A stretch of DNA of 41,231 nt, taken from assembly GCA_964625825.1 (NCBI GenBank), contig CAZVFJ010000003.1, positions 1 through 41,231 of the forward strand. The letters are read 5' to 3'. The position numbers were made by a program, and so were the translations under genes. The notes under the pieces were generated by a model. The model had not been told where the DNA came from, made no database searches, and saw only the letters and a list, made by a program, of their open reading frames with translations. This document shows, in pieces, positions 9,523 through 18,363 of the stretch (its first letter is position 1; every line of letters begins with the position of its first letter). The DNA comes from an uncultured Leptospirales bacterium (lineage in GTDB: Bacteria; Spirochaetota; UBA4802; UBA5550).

Positions 9523-10425
9523 TCATTCCTCTGAAAAGAAAAGATTTATATAGGATTTTAGCGACTGGATATATTCAAGTTTAATCTGAGATTCAACAGC
9601 CCAGGATGAATCAGCATAAAGCCGAAGTGCGTGCCTGAAATACTGTTCCGCGTCAATGAGGTCCGGGGCTATCCTTTTTCGGTCTATGTATCCCCTGTTG
9701 TGCCTGTCAAAAAAAAGTTCTTTCTGCGCCCTGTGGAGAAAATCATCCCCTTTTCTATAAAGCCTATAGGCATCAACTTCGTAACGGTCATTATATGAAT
9801 CGATAATATTTACACACTCCGAAGCCCTGTAAAAGTCAAAAATTAGTTTACCGAAAACATTGAAATGATCAAGTAGTTCACGGTCATCCGTAAGTTGAGA
9901 AAGCTTTTTTAAAGCATGGTAAGCCCTTCGGAGAGAGAGAGTCACGCCGTCATAAATTTTTCTGTTGCCGTGCTCATCTCTTCTGTGAAAATTATATAAA
10001 GAATATTGAAAGTACCGGTACATCGCGTCTTTCGCAGATTCTTTTGCCTGTACAAATTTATTAATAAGATATTCACGCCTTGCCTCATCACGCAGGCCGC
10101 GTAGTTCTTCCTCTCTGGCTTTTTTCAGCGCGGCATCTCTTGCAGCAGCCGCAGCCTTTTTCAGGCTCTCCTGCTCATCAACTTCATCGGCCGCTTCGGC
10201 CTCTTTAAAACGGTAACTCATCAGCGTTGAGTAGGCAGTATTAAGAATGGTCATCTGCTCGTTGGCCCATTCTCTTTTGTCAGGATTTTTATCAGGATGG
10301 TACTTCATGGCCATTGCCCTGAAGGATCGCGTTACCTCCTCATCTGATGAGTTATTTGTAACGCTTAGAATATTATAGCACCTGTTGATGTCCATCTGTT
10401 CCGTTTTAAAATGAAAGTAATTCAT
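9523..10425 (-). CDS. J-domain (DnaJ-like) protein with an uncharacterised C-terminal region
   Basis: N-terminal J-domain CYNILSVTNNSSDEEVTRSFRAMAMKYHPDKNPD carries the HPD tripeptide. It is followed by a charged coiled region and about 170 aa that I do not recognise. No Gly/Phe or zinc-finger region of a true DnaJ is present. Confidence 0.75.
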   Translation of the reverse strand: MNYFHFKTEQMDINRCYNILSVTNNSSDEEVTRSFRAMAMKYHPDKNPDKREWANEQMTILNTAYSTLMSYRFKEAEAADEVDEQESLKKAAAAARDAALKKAREEELRGLRDEARREYLINKFVQAKESAKDAMYRYFQYSLYNFHRRDEHGNRKIYDGVTLSLRRAYHALKKLSQLTDDRELLDHFNVFGKLIFDFYRASECVNIIDSYNDRYEVDAYRLYRKGDDFLHRAQKELFFDRHNRGYIDRKRIAPDLIDAEQYFRHALRLYADSSWAVESQIKLEYIQSLKSYINLFFSEE

Positions 10426-10470
10426 GTTAAAAATAGAGCGGGTAAAATCAATAACAATTTAAAAGATTTC

Positions 10471-10516
10471 ATAGCGGCAAAAAAACCGGCATTTATTGCC
10501 GGTTTTTTGCCGCTAT
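10471..10516 (-). terminator. intrinsic terminator after the substrate-binding protein gene (hairpin is near-palindromic, potentially bidirectional)
   Basis: ATAGCGGCAAAAAAACCGGCA TTTAT TGCCGGTTTTTTGCCGCTAT. The inner stem ACCGGCA/TGCCGGT is flanked by A7/T6 runs and an outer GCGGC/GCCGC stem. It starts 12 nt beyond the stop at 10528. Confidence 0.8.
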
Positions 10517-10527
10517 GCTAATAAACT

Positions 10528-11517
10528 TTATTTTTTTATCATTTTACCGTCTTTAACAACACGGCTTGCTTTTTTAATAAGATCTTCAGGAATCGCGATT
10601 CCAAGCCTCTTTGCAACATCAAGGTTGATGAGGAGGTCTACATCAGACGGATCTGTCATGAAAAGAGTAGGAATAGTTTCAGGTTTTTCACCTTTTAGAA
10701 TACGGCTTATAAGTTTACCGGTTGCTTTACCCATCTTGTAGTAATCGAAGCCCCATGCCGCGAATACTTCATACTTTTCAGCTGAACTCGGATCAGCGGA
10801 CATTATAGGAAGCTTGTTCGTTTTGGCAACATCAGCAACCGCAGCAAGGGCTGAAATTACAGTATTGTCTGTGCTGAGATAGAAAGCGTCTACCCTTCCC
10901 GCAATAGACTGTGCAGCCTGTTTAACTTCTGAAGAGTTTGTAACTGTTGATTCAACAAATTCAATTCCCATCTCATCACATGCTTTTTTTGCCATCTTCG
11001 CAAGAGTAACAGCGTTTGCTTCATGGCTTGCATAAATATGTCCGAGCCTTTTTATATCTTTATATTTTTTAAGAAATGTTATCTGATCTTTAACAGGAGT
11101 CATATCAGATACTCCCGTTACATTTTTCTCCCCTGCTGTGAGAGACCTGACGAGTCCTGCGTCAACCGGGTCAGTTACGGCGGCATAGATTACTACAGCA
11201 TCCTTGATTGTATTTGTGAGTGCCTGGGCTGTGGGAGTCGCAATACCGACTGCAATATCCACTTTGTCAGCTTTGAATTTCTGCGCGATTGATGCAGCTG
11301 TGGAAATTTCACCATTTGCATTCTGAAGGTCATACGTGATGTTTGTATAGCCTTCCTCTTTAAGCTCATCCTGTATGCCTTTTTCAACTGAATCCAGCGC
11401 GGGATGTGACACTATTTTTGAAATCCCTATTTTTATGTTATCAGACTTGCTATCCTTACATCCGGCTGTAAATATCGCAATTGCCAGTATGATAAGGATA
11501 ATTGATACCTTTTTCAT
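10528..11517 (-). CDS. ABC transporter substrate-binding lipoprotein (ABC_sub_bind / BMP-like family)
   Basis: ATG at 11517 is preceded by GGAG and gives MKKVSIILIILAIAIFTAGC (lipobox FTAG-C). IGISKIVSHPALDSVEKGIQDELKEEGY is typical of this periplasmic binding family. No permease or ATPase genes are adjacent. Confidence 0.75.
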   Translation of the reverse strand: MKKVSIILIILAIAIFTAGCKDSKSDNIKIGISKIVSHPALDSVEKGIQDELKEEGYTNITYDLQNANGEISTAASIAQKFKADKVDIAVGIATPTAQALTNTIKDAVVIYAAVTDPVDAGLVRSLTAGEKNVTGVSDMTPVKDQITFLKKYKDIKRLGHIYASHEANAVTLAKMAKKACDEMGIEFVESTVTNSSEVKQAAQSIAGRVDAFYLSTDNTVISALAAVADVAKTNKLPIMSADPSSAEKYEVFAAWGFDYYKMGKATGKLISRILKGEKPETIPTLFMTDPSDVDLLINLDVAKRLGIAIPEDLIKKASRVVKDGKMIKK

Positions 11518-11643
11518 ATAACTCTCCTGCTTCATTTTTTATGGTAATAATAAACTGCTAATACATAACATTAGTCAAGAAATATGTTTGGCAATGCCGG
11601 ATTTTAGTTAAAATTTACAGGAAGTTAACCTCTAAATAATCAA

Positions 11644-11673
11644 TTGACACAGTGCCTGATAAAATTGTATCAT
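11644..11673 (+). promoter_or_regulatory. candidate sigma70-type promoter of the hem operon
   Basis: TTGACA (11644-11649), an 18-nt spacer, then TATCAT (11668-11673), about 40 nt upstream of the hemC ATG. Pattern match only. Confidence 0.3.
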
Positions 11674-11712
11674 TGATTGATTTTGGATTTTAAGTAACGG
11701 AAATTTAATATA

Positions 11713-12618
11713 ATGAAAAAGATAAGAATTGGCACAAGGGGGAGTGAACTGGCTCTCTGGCAGGCACATCATGTTGCCGGCCTCATTGGAACGGACCTCA
11801 CTGAACTTGTAATTATAAAGACAGAGGGTGACCGTATACAGAATTTTTCCTTTAACAAGATGGAAGGGAAGGGTTTTTTTACAAAAGAGATCGAAGAAGC
11901 TCTTCTTGAAAATAGAATTGATCTGGCAGTACACTCTCTCAAAGATCTTCCAACCGAGGATATCGAGGGCCTCAGGCTTGCTGCTATTCCGGTTCGTGCG
12001 GATTTTCATGATCTCCTTATTATGCAGGGCGATATTTATGAAAATAACGGCATTCTTAATATTAAAAGTGGCGCTCTTGTTGGGACAAGTTCCATGAGGA
12101 GAATGGCGCAGCTGAAGTCAATTGACCCGTCTCTCAGGGTGGAAGCTCTCCGTGGCAATGTAAACACAAGGCTCACTAAACTTAAAGGGCGTGAATATGA
12201 TGCGATAGTCATGGCAAAGGCGGCTGCCGAGAGAATTTCGCTCGACCTCTCCGGGTTTGTAGTCTATGAACTGGATGAAAGGATATTTTTGCCTGCTCCG
12301 GCCCAGGGTGCTCTCGGGCTTCAGATAAGGGCTGATGATGCATACACGGCCTCTATTGTGGAAAAGCTTACTCATGAAAATACAGAAAGAGTCGTAAGAG
12401 CAGAGCGCGCATTTCTGAAATGTTTTGGCGGAGGATGCCATGTTCCTCTTGGCGCTCTTGCGGAACTTGACGGTGAAGATATTCTTCTGAGAGGAGTGGT
12501 TGCTTCACCGGATGGAACTTTTGTGGCACGGGAATTCGCGACCGGCACAGACCCGGAAGCTGTGGGGGCGGAACTTGCCCGTTTGATCAAACTGAAAGGG
12601 GCTGACAAATATATATGA
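11713..12618 (+). CDS. hemC: hydroxymethylbilane synthase (porphobilinogen deaminase)
   Basis: IRIGTRGSELALWQA at the N-terminus. The dipyrromethane-cofactor Cys context GGCHVPLGA is present. Confidence 0.9.
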   Translation: MKKIRIGTRGSELALWQAHHVAGLIGTDLTELVIIKTEGDRIQNFSFNKMEGKGFFTKEIEEALLENRIDLAVHSLKDLPTEDIEGLRLAAIPVRADFHDLLIMQGDIYENNGILNIKSGALVGTSSMRRMAQLKSIDPSLRVEALRGNVNTRLTKLKGREYDAIVMAKAAAERISLDLSGFVVYELDERIFLPAPAQGALGLQIRADDAYTASIVEKLTHENTERVVRAERAFLKCFGGGCHVPLGALAELDGEDILLRGVVASPDGTFVAREFATGTDPEAVGAELARLIKLKGADKYI

Positions 12619-14105
12619 AAAATAAAGGATTCGTTTATCTTGTAGGAGCGGGGCCCGGAGACCCGGAACTTATTTCTGTAAAAGGAATGAGGGTACTTCG
12701 TGAGGCGGATTGTATAATATACGATTATCTGGCAGAGAAGAGTCTCCTGACCGGCTTGAAATGTGAGCTGATATACGTAGGGAAGCAGGGGAGTGACCAC
12801 ACTCTGAAGCAGGAAGAGATAAACAGCCTTATTGTGCAAAAAGCGGGTGAAGGCAAAACAATTGTCCGTCTTAAAGGGGGAGACCCGTTCATTTTCGGGC
12901 GCGGAGGCGAGGAGGCCGAGGAGCTCGTTGAGGCCGGGATTCCATTTGCTGTTATCCCGGGAATTTCATCTTTTTATTCAGCCCCGGCATACGCGGGTAT
13001 TCCACTAACACACAGGGATTTTTCCAGCGCTTTTGAAGTCGTGAGCGGGCACCGGAGGTCGGACACTGACAATACAGAGGATGTCAACTTCCCTGAGTAT
13101 GATCCTGAAAAAACATTCGTGTTTCTCATGGGAATGAAAAATCTTTCCCATATAAGGGAGAAACTTATAATTGAAAAAAATTTTCCTTCGGATATCCCGG
13201 TAGGAATAGTAACATGGGGTACAAGGCCGGAACAGCGGGTAGTGACGGCGCCTCTTTCTCGAATTACGGAGGAGATTGAAAGGGCTGGTCTTAAACCGCC
13301 GGCGATAATTATTATGGGGGGAGTTGTGTCGCTCCGGGAAAAGCTCCGCTGGTTCGATAACCAGCCGTTATTCGGCAAAAGAATTGTTGTTACCCGTACA
13401 AGGGAGCAGGCCTCAAGGCTCACCGGGAAGCTTGTGGCAATGGGGGCGAGGGTAATTGAATTTCCCACAATAGAAATTAAAAAAGAAGATGATCTGTCCG
13501 GGCTTCATAAAAGCTTCGGGAATCTCCATGAATATAATTGGATTATATTTACGTCACAGAATGCCGTGAATATTTTTTTTGATGAACTTTACAGTTCCGG
13601 GCGTGATGTGCGTTCACTCGGCACTGTGAGGATAGCTGTAATCGGCAAAGCGTCAGGTGATGAACTTAAAAAGTACGGGCTTATCCCTGATCTTGTCCCC
13701 GAAAAATTTGTAGCTGAATCACTCCTTGAAGAGATGGCTAAGCACGACATGAAGGGAAAGCGCGTGCTTATACCCTGTTCAGCAGGCGCGCGCATGCTCC
13801 TCCTGGAAGGGCTCATGGAACTCGGGGCTCACGTTGACAGGATTCATATTTACAGCGCGTCAAAACCGGAATTTATTGACGATAAACTTATTGAAGATGT
13901 AAAAAAAGCAGATATAGTAACATTCACAAGTTCTTCAACAGTAACAAATTTTTTTGATATAATACCGGAAATCGACGTACCGGTCGCAAGTATCGGGCCG
14001 ATAACAACTGAAACGCTTGTAAAGAAGGGGTACATCCCGGCTGTAACCGCCGGGGAGTACACAATCGACGGGCTGGTGAAAGCGCTTCTGGAGTATTACT
14101 CATAA
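12615..14105 (+). CDS. cobA/hemD: bifunctional uroporphyrinogen-III C-methyltransferase / uroporphyrinogen-III synthase
   Basis: N-terminal SUMT motifs VYLVGAGPGDPELISVKG and RLKGGDPFIFGRGGEE. The C-terminal half is HemD-like (RIVVTRTREQASRLTGKL...IFTSQNAV). The ATG overlaps the hemC stop (ATGA). Confidence 0.85.
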   Translation: MKNKGFVYLVGAGPGDPELISVKGMRVLREADCIIYDYLAEKSLLTGLKCELIYVGKQGSDHTLKQEEINSLIVQKAGEGKTIVRLKGGDPFIFGRGGEEAEELVEAGIPFAVIPGISSFYSAPAYAGIPLTHRDFSSAFEVVSGHRRSDTDNTEDVNFPEYDPEKTFVFLMGMKNLSHIREKLIIEKNFPSDIPVGIVTWGTRPEQRVVTAPLSRITEEIERAGLKPPAIIIMGGVVSLREKLRWFDNQPLFGKRIVVTRTREQASRLTGKLVAMGARVIEFPTIEIKKEDDLSGLHKSFGNLHEYNWIIFTSQNAVNIFFDELYSSGRDVRSLGTVRIAVIGKASGDELKKYGLIPDLVPEKFVAESLLEEMAKHDMKGKRVLIPCSAGARMLLLEGLMELGAHVDRIHIYSASKPEFIDDKLIEDVKKADIVTFTSSSTVTNFFDIIPEIDVPVASIGPITTETLVKKGYIPAVTAGEYTIDGLVKALLEYYS

Positions 14106-14132
14106 ATTTTTTAAATAATCCTTCCCGTTCGA

Positions 14133-14150
14133 GGGGAGGGCAGGGTGGGG
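14133..14150 (+). promoter_or_regulatory. canonical G-quadruplex-forming motif in the cobA/hemD-hemB intercistronic spacer, overlapping the hemB Shine-Dalgarno
   Basis: GGGGAGGGCAGGGTGGGG has four G-runs of at least 3 with loops of 1, 2 and 1 nt on the sense (mRNA) strand. Its last Gs are part of GGAGG (14149-14153), 6 nt before the ATG at 14160. An upstream C-rich arm CCTTCCC (14120-14126) can instead pair with GGGGAGG (14133-14139). Confidence 0.45.
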
Positions 14151-14159
14151 AGGAATAAT

Positions 14160-15128
14160 ATGATTCAGAGACCGAGACGACTCAGGACATCACAACTTAT
14201 AAGAGATCTTACTGCTGAAACTAGACCTGACAGTTCAAAGCTTATTATGCCGCATTTTGTCAGAGAAGGTGTCGCGATACGTGAGCCAATATCTTCAATG
14301 CCGGGAATTGAACGTGTTACAATGGATAACCTGCTTCATGATATAGAGTCAGACCTTAATCTCGGGATAAAATCAATTATACTTTTCGGCATACCCGATG
14401 ACAAAGACGCGGCCGGTTCTCAGGCTTACTCTGAAAATGGAATAGTGCAGAAGGCTGTGAGGAGGATAAAACGGGAGTTCAAAGACTCGGTTCTGATTAC
14501 AACAGATGTATGCCTATGCGAATTTACAGATCACGGGCACTGCGGGATTGTTGACCATGGTGTAATACTGAATGATCCTACACTTGTGCTTCTTGCCCGA
14601 ACTGCGCTCAGTCACGCCGAAGCAGGAGCGGACATTGTTGCTCCATCTGACATGATGGACGGTCGTGTTGACGCGATAAGAGAGATGCTTGACAGCTGCG
14701 GATACCCTCATACAGCAATTATGGCATACTCTGCCAAGTATTGTTCGGCCTTTTATGGGCCGTTCAGGGAGGCCGCGGGAAGCGCTCCGCAGTTTGGTGA
14801 CAGGCGGAGTTATCAGATGGATATACGCAACGCGCGTGAGGCCGAGAGAGAAATTCAGCTCGATATAGAGGAGGGGGCTGATATAATTATGGTAAAACCC
14901 GCTCTTTCTTATATGGATGTTATACTAAGGGCAGCGGAAATTAGCCCGGTCCCTGTGTGTGCCTATAATGTCAGCGGCGAATACTCAATGGTGAAAGCTG
15001 CCGCTGAAAAAGGGTATATAGATGAACAGAAAATAGTGACAGAGATTATGACATCATTTTTCAGGGCTGGGAGTGACATGGTGATTACATACCACGCGAG
15101 GGAGATACTGAAGAATAAGTGGTTTTAA
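14160..15128 (+). CDS. hemB: porphobilinogen synthase (delta-aminolevulinate dehydratase), Zn-type
   Basis: MIQRPRRLR N-terminus after GGAGG. Cys-rich metal site DVCLCEFTDHGHCG. Schiff-base lysine context IIMVKPA. The ORF-track GTG at 14145 is probably an over-extension. Confidence 0.9.
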   Translation: MIQRPRRLRTSQLIRDLTAETRPDSSKLIMPHFVREGVAIREPISSMPGIERVTMDNLLHDIESDLNLGIKSIILFGIPDDKDAAGSQAYSENGIVQKAVRRIKREFKDSVLITTDVCLCEFTDHGHCGIVDHGVILNDPTLVLLARTALSHAEAGADIVAPSDMMDGRVDAIREMLDSCGYPHTAIMAYSAKYCSAFYGPFREAAGSAPQFGDRRSYQMDIRNAREAEREIQLDIEEGADIIMVKPALSYMDVILRAAEISPVPVCAYNVSGEYSMVKAAAEKGYIDEQKIVTEIMTSFFRAGSDMVITYHAREILKNKWF

Positions 15129-15146
15129 TAAAAATACATTTTCATT

Positions 15147-15204
15147 TTCTGCCCCCTAAATCCCCCGGAGGGGGACTTGAAAGCGTGGGGGTGCGGGGAC
15201 AGAA
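15147..15204 (+). other. GC-rich structured intercistronic element between hemB and hemL
   Basis: Inner hairpin TCCCCC-GGA-GGGGGA (15161-15175). It is enclosed by TTCTGCCCCC (15147-15156) pairing with GGGGACAGAA (15195-15204) with one mismatch. Three G4-G5 runs are present. No U-tract follows. Confidence 0.4.
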
Positions 15205-15221
15205 AAAAACGGAGATAATGA

Positions 15222-16511
15222 ATGGCAATAGCAAAATCGGAAGAACTTTATAAACGTGCACTCTCACTACTTCCGGGAGGAGTCGATTCCCCTGTCAGGG
15301 CATTCAAATCTGTCGGGGGAACTCCGATTTTCCTTAAAGAGGGGAAGGGGGGCCAGATCACAGATGAAGACGGCAACCGGTATATCGACTATTGCATGTC
15401 ATGGGGGCCGATGATACTGGGACATGCCGACTCCGACGTGGTTGAGGCTGTGAGAGAAACAGCTATTTACGGGACGAGTTTCGGTACTCCGCACAGATCT
15501 GAGGTTGAACTTGCTGAAAAAGTTATCTCAATGGTTCCGTCTATTGAAAAGATAAGATTTGTATGCTCAGGTACAGAAGCTACGATGAGTGCAATAAGGC
15601 TTGCCCGTGGCTTCACAAACCGTGATAAAATTGTAAAGCTTGACGGATGCTATCACGGGCACGCTGATTATCTTCTTGTCGCGGCAGGTTCCGGGCTTGC
15701 GACATTTGGCACCCCGGATTCTGCAGGAGTCACTGAGGGGAATGCGAAGGATACCCTTGTTGTTCCATATAATGATTCAGCTTCTCTCGAAACTCTTTTT
15801 AAAAAGGAGGGTAAAAATATTGCCGCCCTCATTCTTGAACCTGTCCCGTGTAACTACGGGCTTATTCTTCCGGTAGAAGATTATCTTAAAAAGGTGAGGG
15901 AGCTCTGCACTGAGTATGGCATACTTCTGATATTCGATGAGGTTATAACCGGTTTCAGGCTCGGAAAAGGCGGTGCACAGGAGTTTTACGGGGTTAAGCC
16001 GGATCTTACTACCCTTGGCAAAATAATCGGCGGCGGCCTTCCTGTCGGTGCTTACGGCGGGAGAAGTGATATAATGGCAAAGATAGCTCCTGACGGACCT
16101 GTATATCAGGCAGGAACACTCTCCGGAAATCCTCTTGCCATGACTGCCGGAATTGTGTCTCTTAATAAAATTTCTGCTCCCGGCTTTCATGATAATCTCC
16201 GGAATAAATGTGAACTTTTCGCGGCAAAGATAAAACCCGCTCTTGACCGTCATTGTAACAAAGTACAGTTCAGGCATGTTGAATCTATTTTTTGCTTCTA
16301 CTTTACCGGTAATAAAAATATCACAACAGTAAATGATGTCCGTAACTCTGACATGAAACTTTTCGCCGCGTTTCATGGCGCAATGCTTAAAAAGGGAATA
16401 TACCTCTCTCCGTCCGGTTATGAGGTGGGATTCTTTTCATCAGCGCATACGGATGAAGACATTGAGAGAACAGCAGCAGCAGTTTACGAGTCGCTTGAGG
16501 AGATACTATAG
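15222..16511 (+). CDS. hemL: glutamate-1-semialdehyde 2,1-aminomutase
   Basis: Class-III aminotransferase fold. LLPGGVDSPVRAF at the N-terminus, LIFDEVITGFR, and PLP-lysine context TTLGKIIGGGLP. Confidence 0.9.
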   Translation: MAIAKSEELYKRALSLLPGGVDSPVRAFKSVGGTPIFLKEGKGGQITDEDGNRYIDYCMSWGPMILGHADSDVVEAVRETAIYGTSFGTPHRSEVELAEKVISMVPSIEKIRFVCSGTEATMSAIRLARGFTNRDKIVKLDGCYHGHADYLLVAAGSGLATFGTPDSAGVTEGNAKDTLVVPYNDSASLETLFKKEGKNIAALILEPVPCNYGLILPVEDYLKKVRELCTEYGILLIFDEVITGFRLGKGGAQEFYGVKPDLTTLGKIIGGGLPVGAYGGRSDIMAKIAPDGPVYQAGTLSGNPLAMTAGIVSLNKISAPGFHDNLRNKCELFAAKIKPALDRHCNKVQFRHVESIFCFYFTGNKNITTVNDVRNSDMKLFAAFHGAMLKKGIYLSPSGYEVGFFSSAHTDEDIERTAAAVYESLEEIL

Positions 16512-16550
16512 TAGCCAGGGATTGAAATTCTTTGTCCTGTATGAATAAGA

Positions 16551-16580
16551 AAGGCCACTCATTTCTGAGTGGCCTTTTTG
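16551..16580 (+). terminator. intrinsic terminator after hemL (could also stop the convergent tRNA transcript)
   Basis: 11-bp perfect stem AAGGCCACTCA / TGAGTGGCCTT with loop TTTC, running into TTTTT (16575-16579). Confidence 0.85.
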
Positions 16581-16585
16581 CTATG

Positions 16586-16658
16586 CATCCCCGAGGGGAT
16601 TCGAACCCCTGTTACCGGGATGAAAACCCGATGTCCTAGACCCCTAGACGACGGGGAC
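16586..16658 (-). tRNA. tRNA-Glu (anticodon UUC)
   Basis: Reverse complement is GTCCCCGTCGTCTAGGGGTCTAGGACATCGGGTTTTCATCCCGGTAACAGGGGTTCGAATCCCCTCGGGGATG. It folds as a cloverleaf with anticodon loop TTTTCAT and T-loop GGTTCGAATCC, and is near-identical in layout to E. coli tRNA-Glu. CCA is not encoded. Confidence 0.9.
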
Positions 16659-16681
16659 ATGCTATATGCTTACTTTATATG

Positions 16682-16754
16682 TGAGTCGCCGGGGAATTGA
16701 ACCCCGGACCCACTGCTTAAAAGGCAGTTGCTCTACCGACTGAGCTAGCGACTC
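16682..16754 (-). tRNA. tRNA-Lys (anticodon UUU)
   Basis: Reverse complement is GAGTCGCTAGCTCAGTCGGTAGAGCAACTGCCTTTTAAGCAGTGGGTCCGGGGTTCAATTCCCCGGCGACTCA. Acceptor stem is GAGTCGC/GCGACTC and the anticodon loop is CTTTTAA. CCA is not encoded. Confidence 0.9.
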
Positions 16755-16770
16755 AAATCAAAGTGATAAC

Positions 16771-16799
16771 CTTTTACAAAATGAGTTTTTGCCTGTCAA
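16771..16799 (-). promoter_or_regulatory. candidate promoter for the tRNA-Lys/tRNA-Glu pair
   Basis: On the minus strand: TTGACA, a 17-nt spacer, then TAAAAG, ending 16 nt before the tRNA-Lys 5' end. Pattern match only, and the -10 is weak. Confidence 0.3.
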
Positions 16800-16939
16800 T
16801 GATATTCTAAAAAAGCCAAATTTTTTTTAGCATTGGCACTATTTTTTTTACATATAATGTTGGCAAATAATAATTTACTCCATGGAAGAGTGATTGAGTA
16901 ATGTTTAATAAAACAGTAGACTCGAATCAAGTTTTAATA

Positions 16940-18229
<1,290 letters not shown>

Positions 18230-18363
18230 TTATACGGTTGTACACAAAATTCAATGATTAATTATATAATTATAATAAACAAGTATTTTTTCAATTTAAA
18301 AAAAGATAAAACCTGAATTCATGTTTTAAATATGAAAAGTATTTTCAATTTTACCTTTAAAAA

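Noticed and set aside
11632-12009. A 125-aa minus-strand ORF spanning the hemC promoter and 5' end.
   Set aside because: It overlaps the strongly supported hemC gene. Its translation has no recognisable features, and its 5' part falls in the divergent promoter region.
16586-16754. The tRNA-Glu/tRNA-Lys pair as an integration hotspot flanking a genomic island.
   Set aside because: No integrase, excisionase or phage genes lie on either side, and I noticed no duplicated tRNA 3'-end segment nearby. The flanking genes (hemL, purA) are core metabolism.
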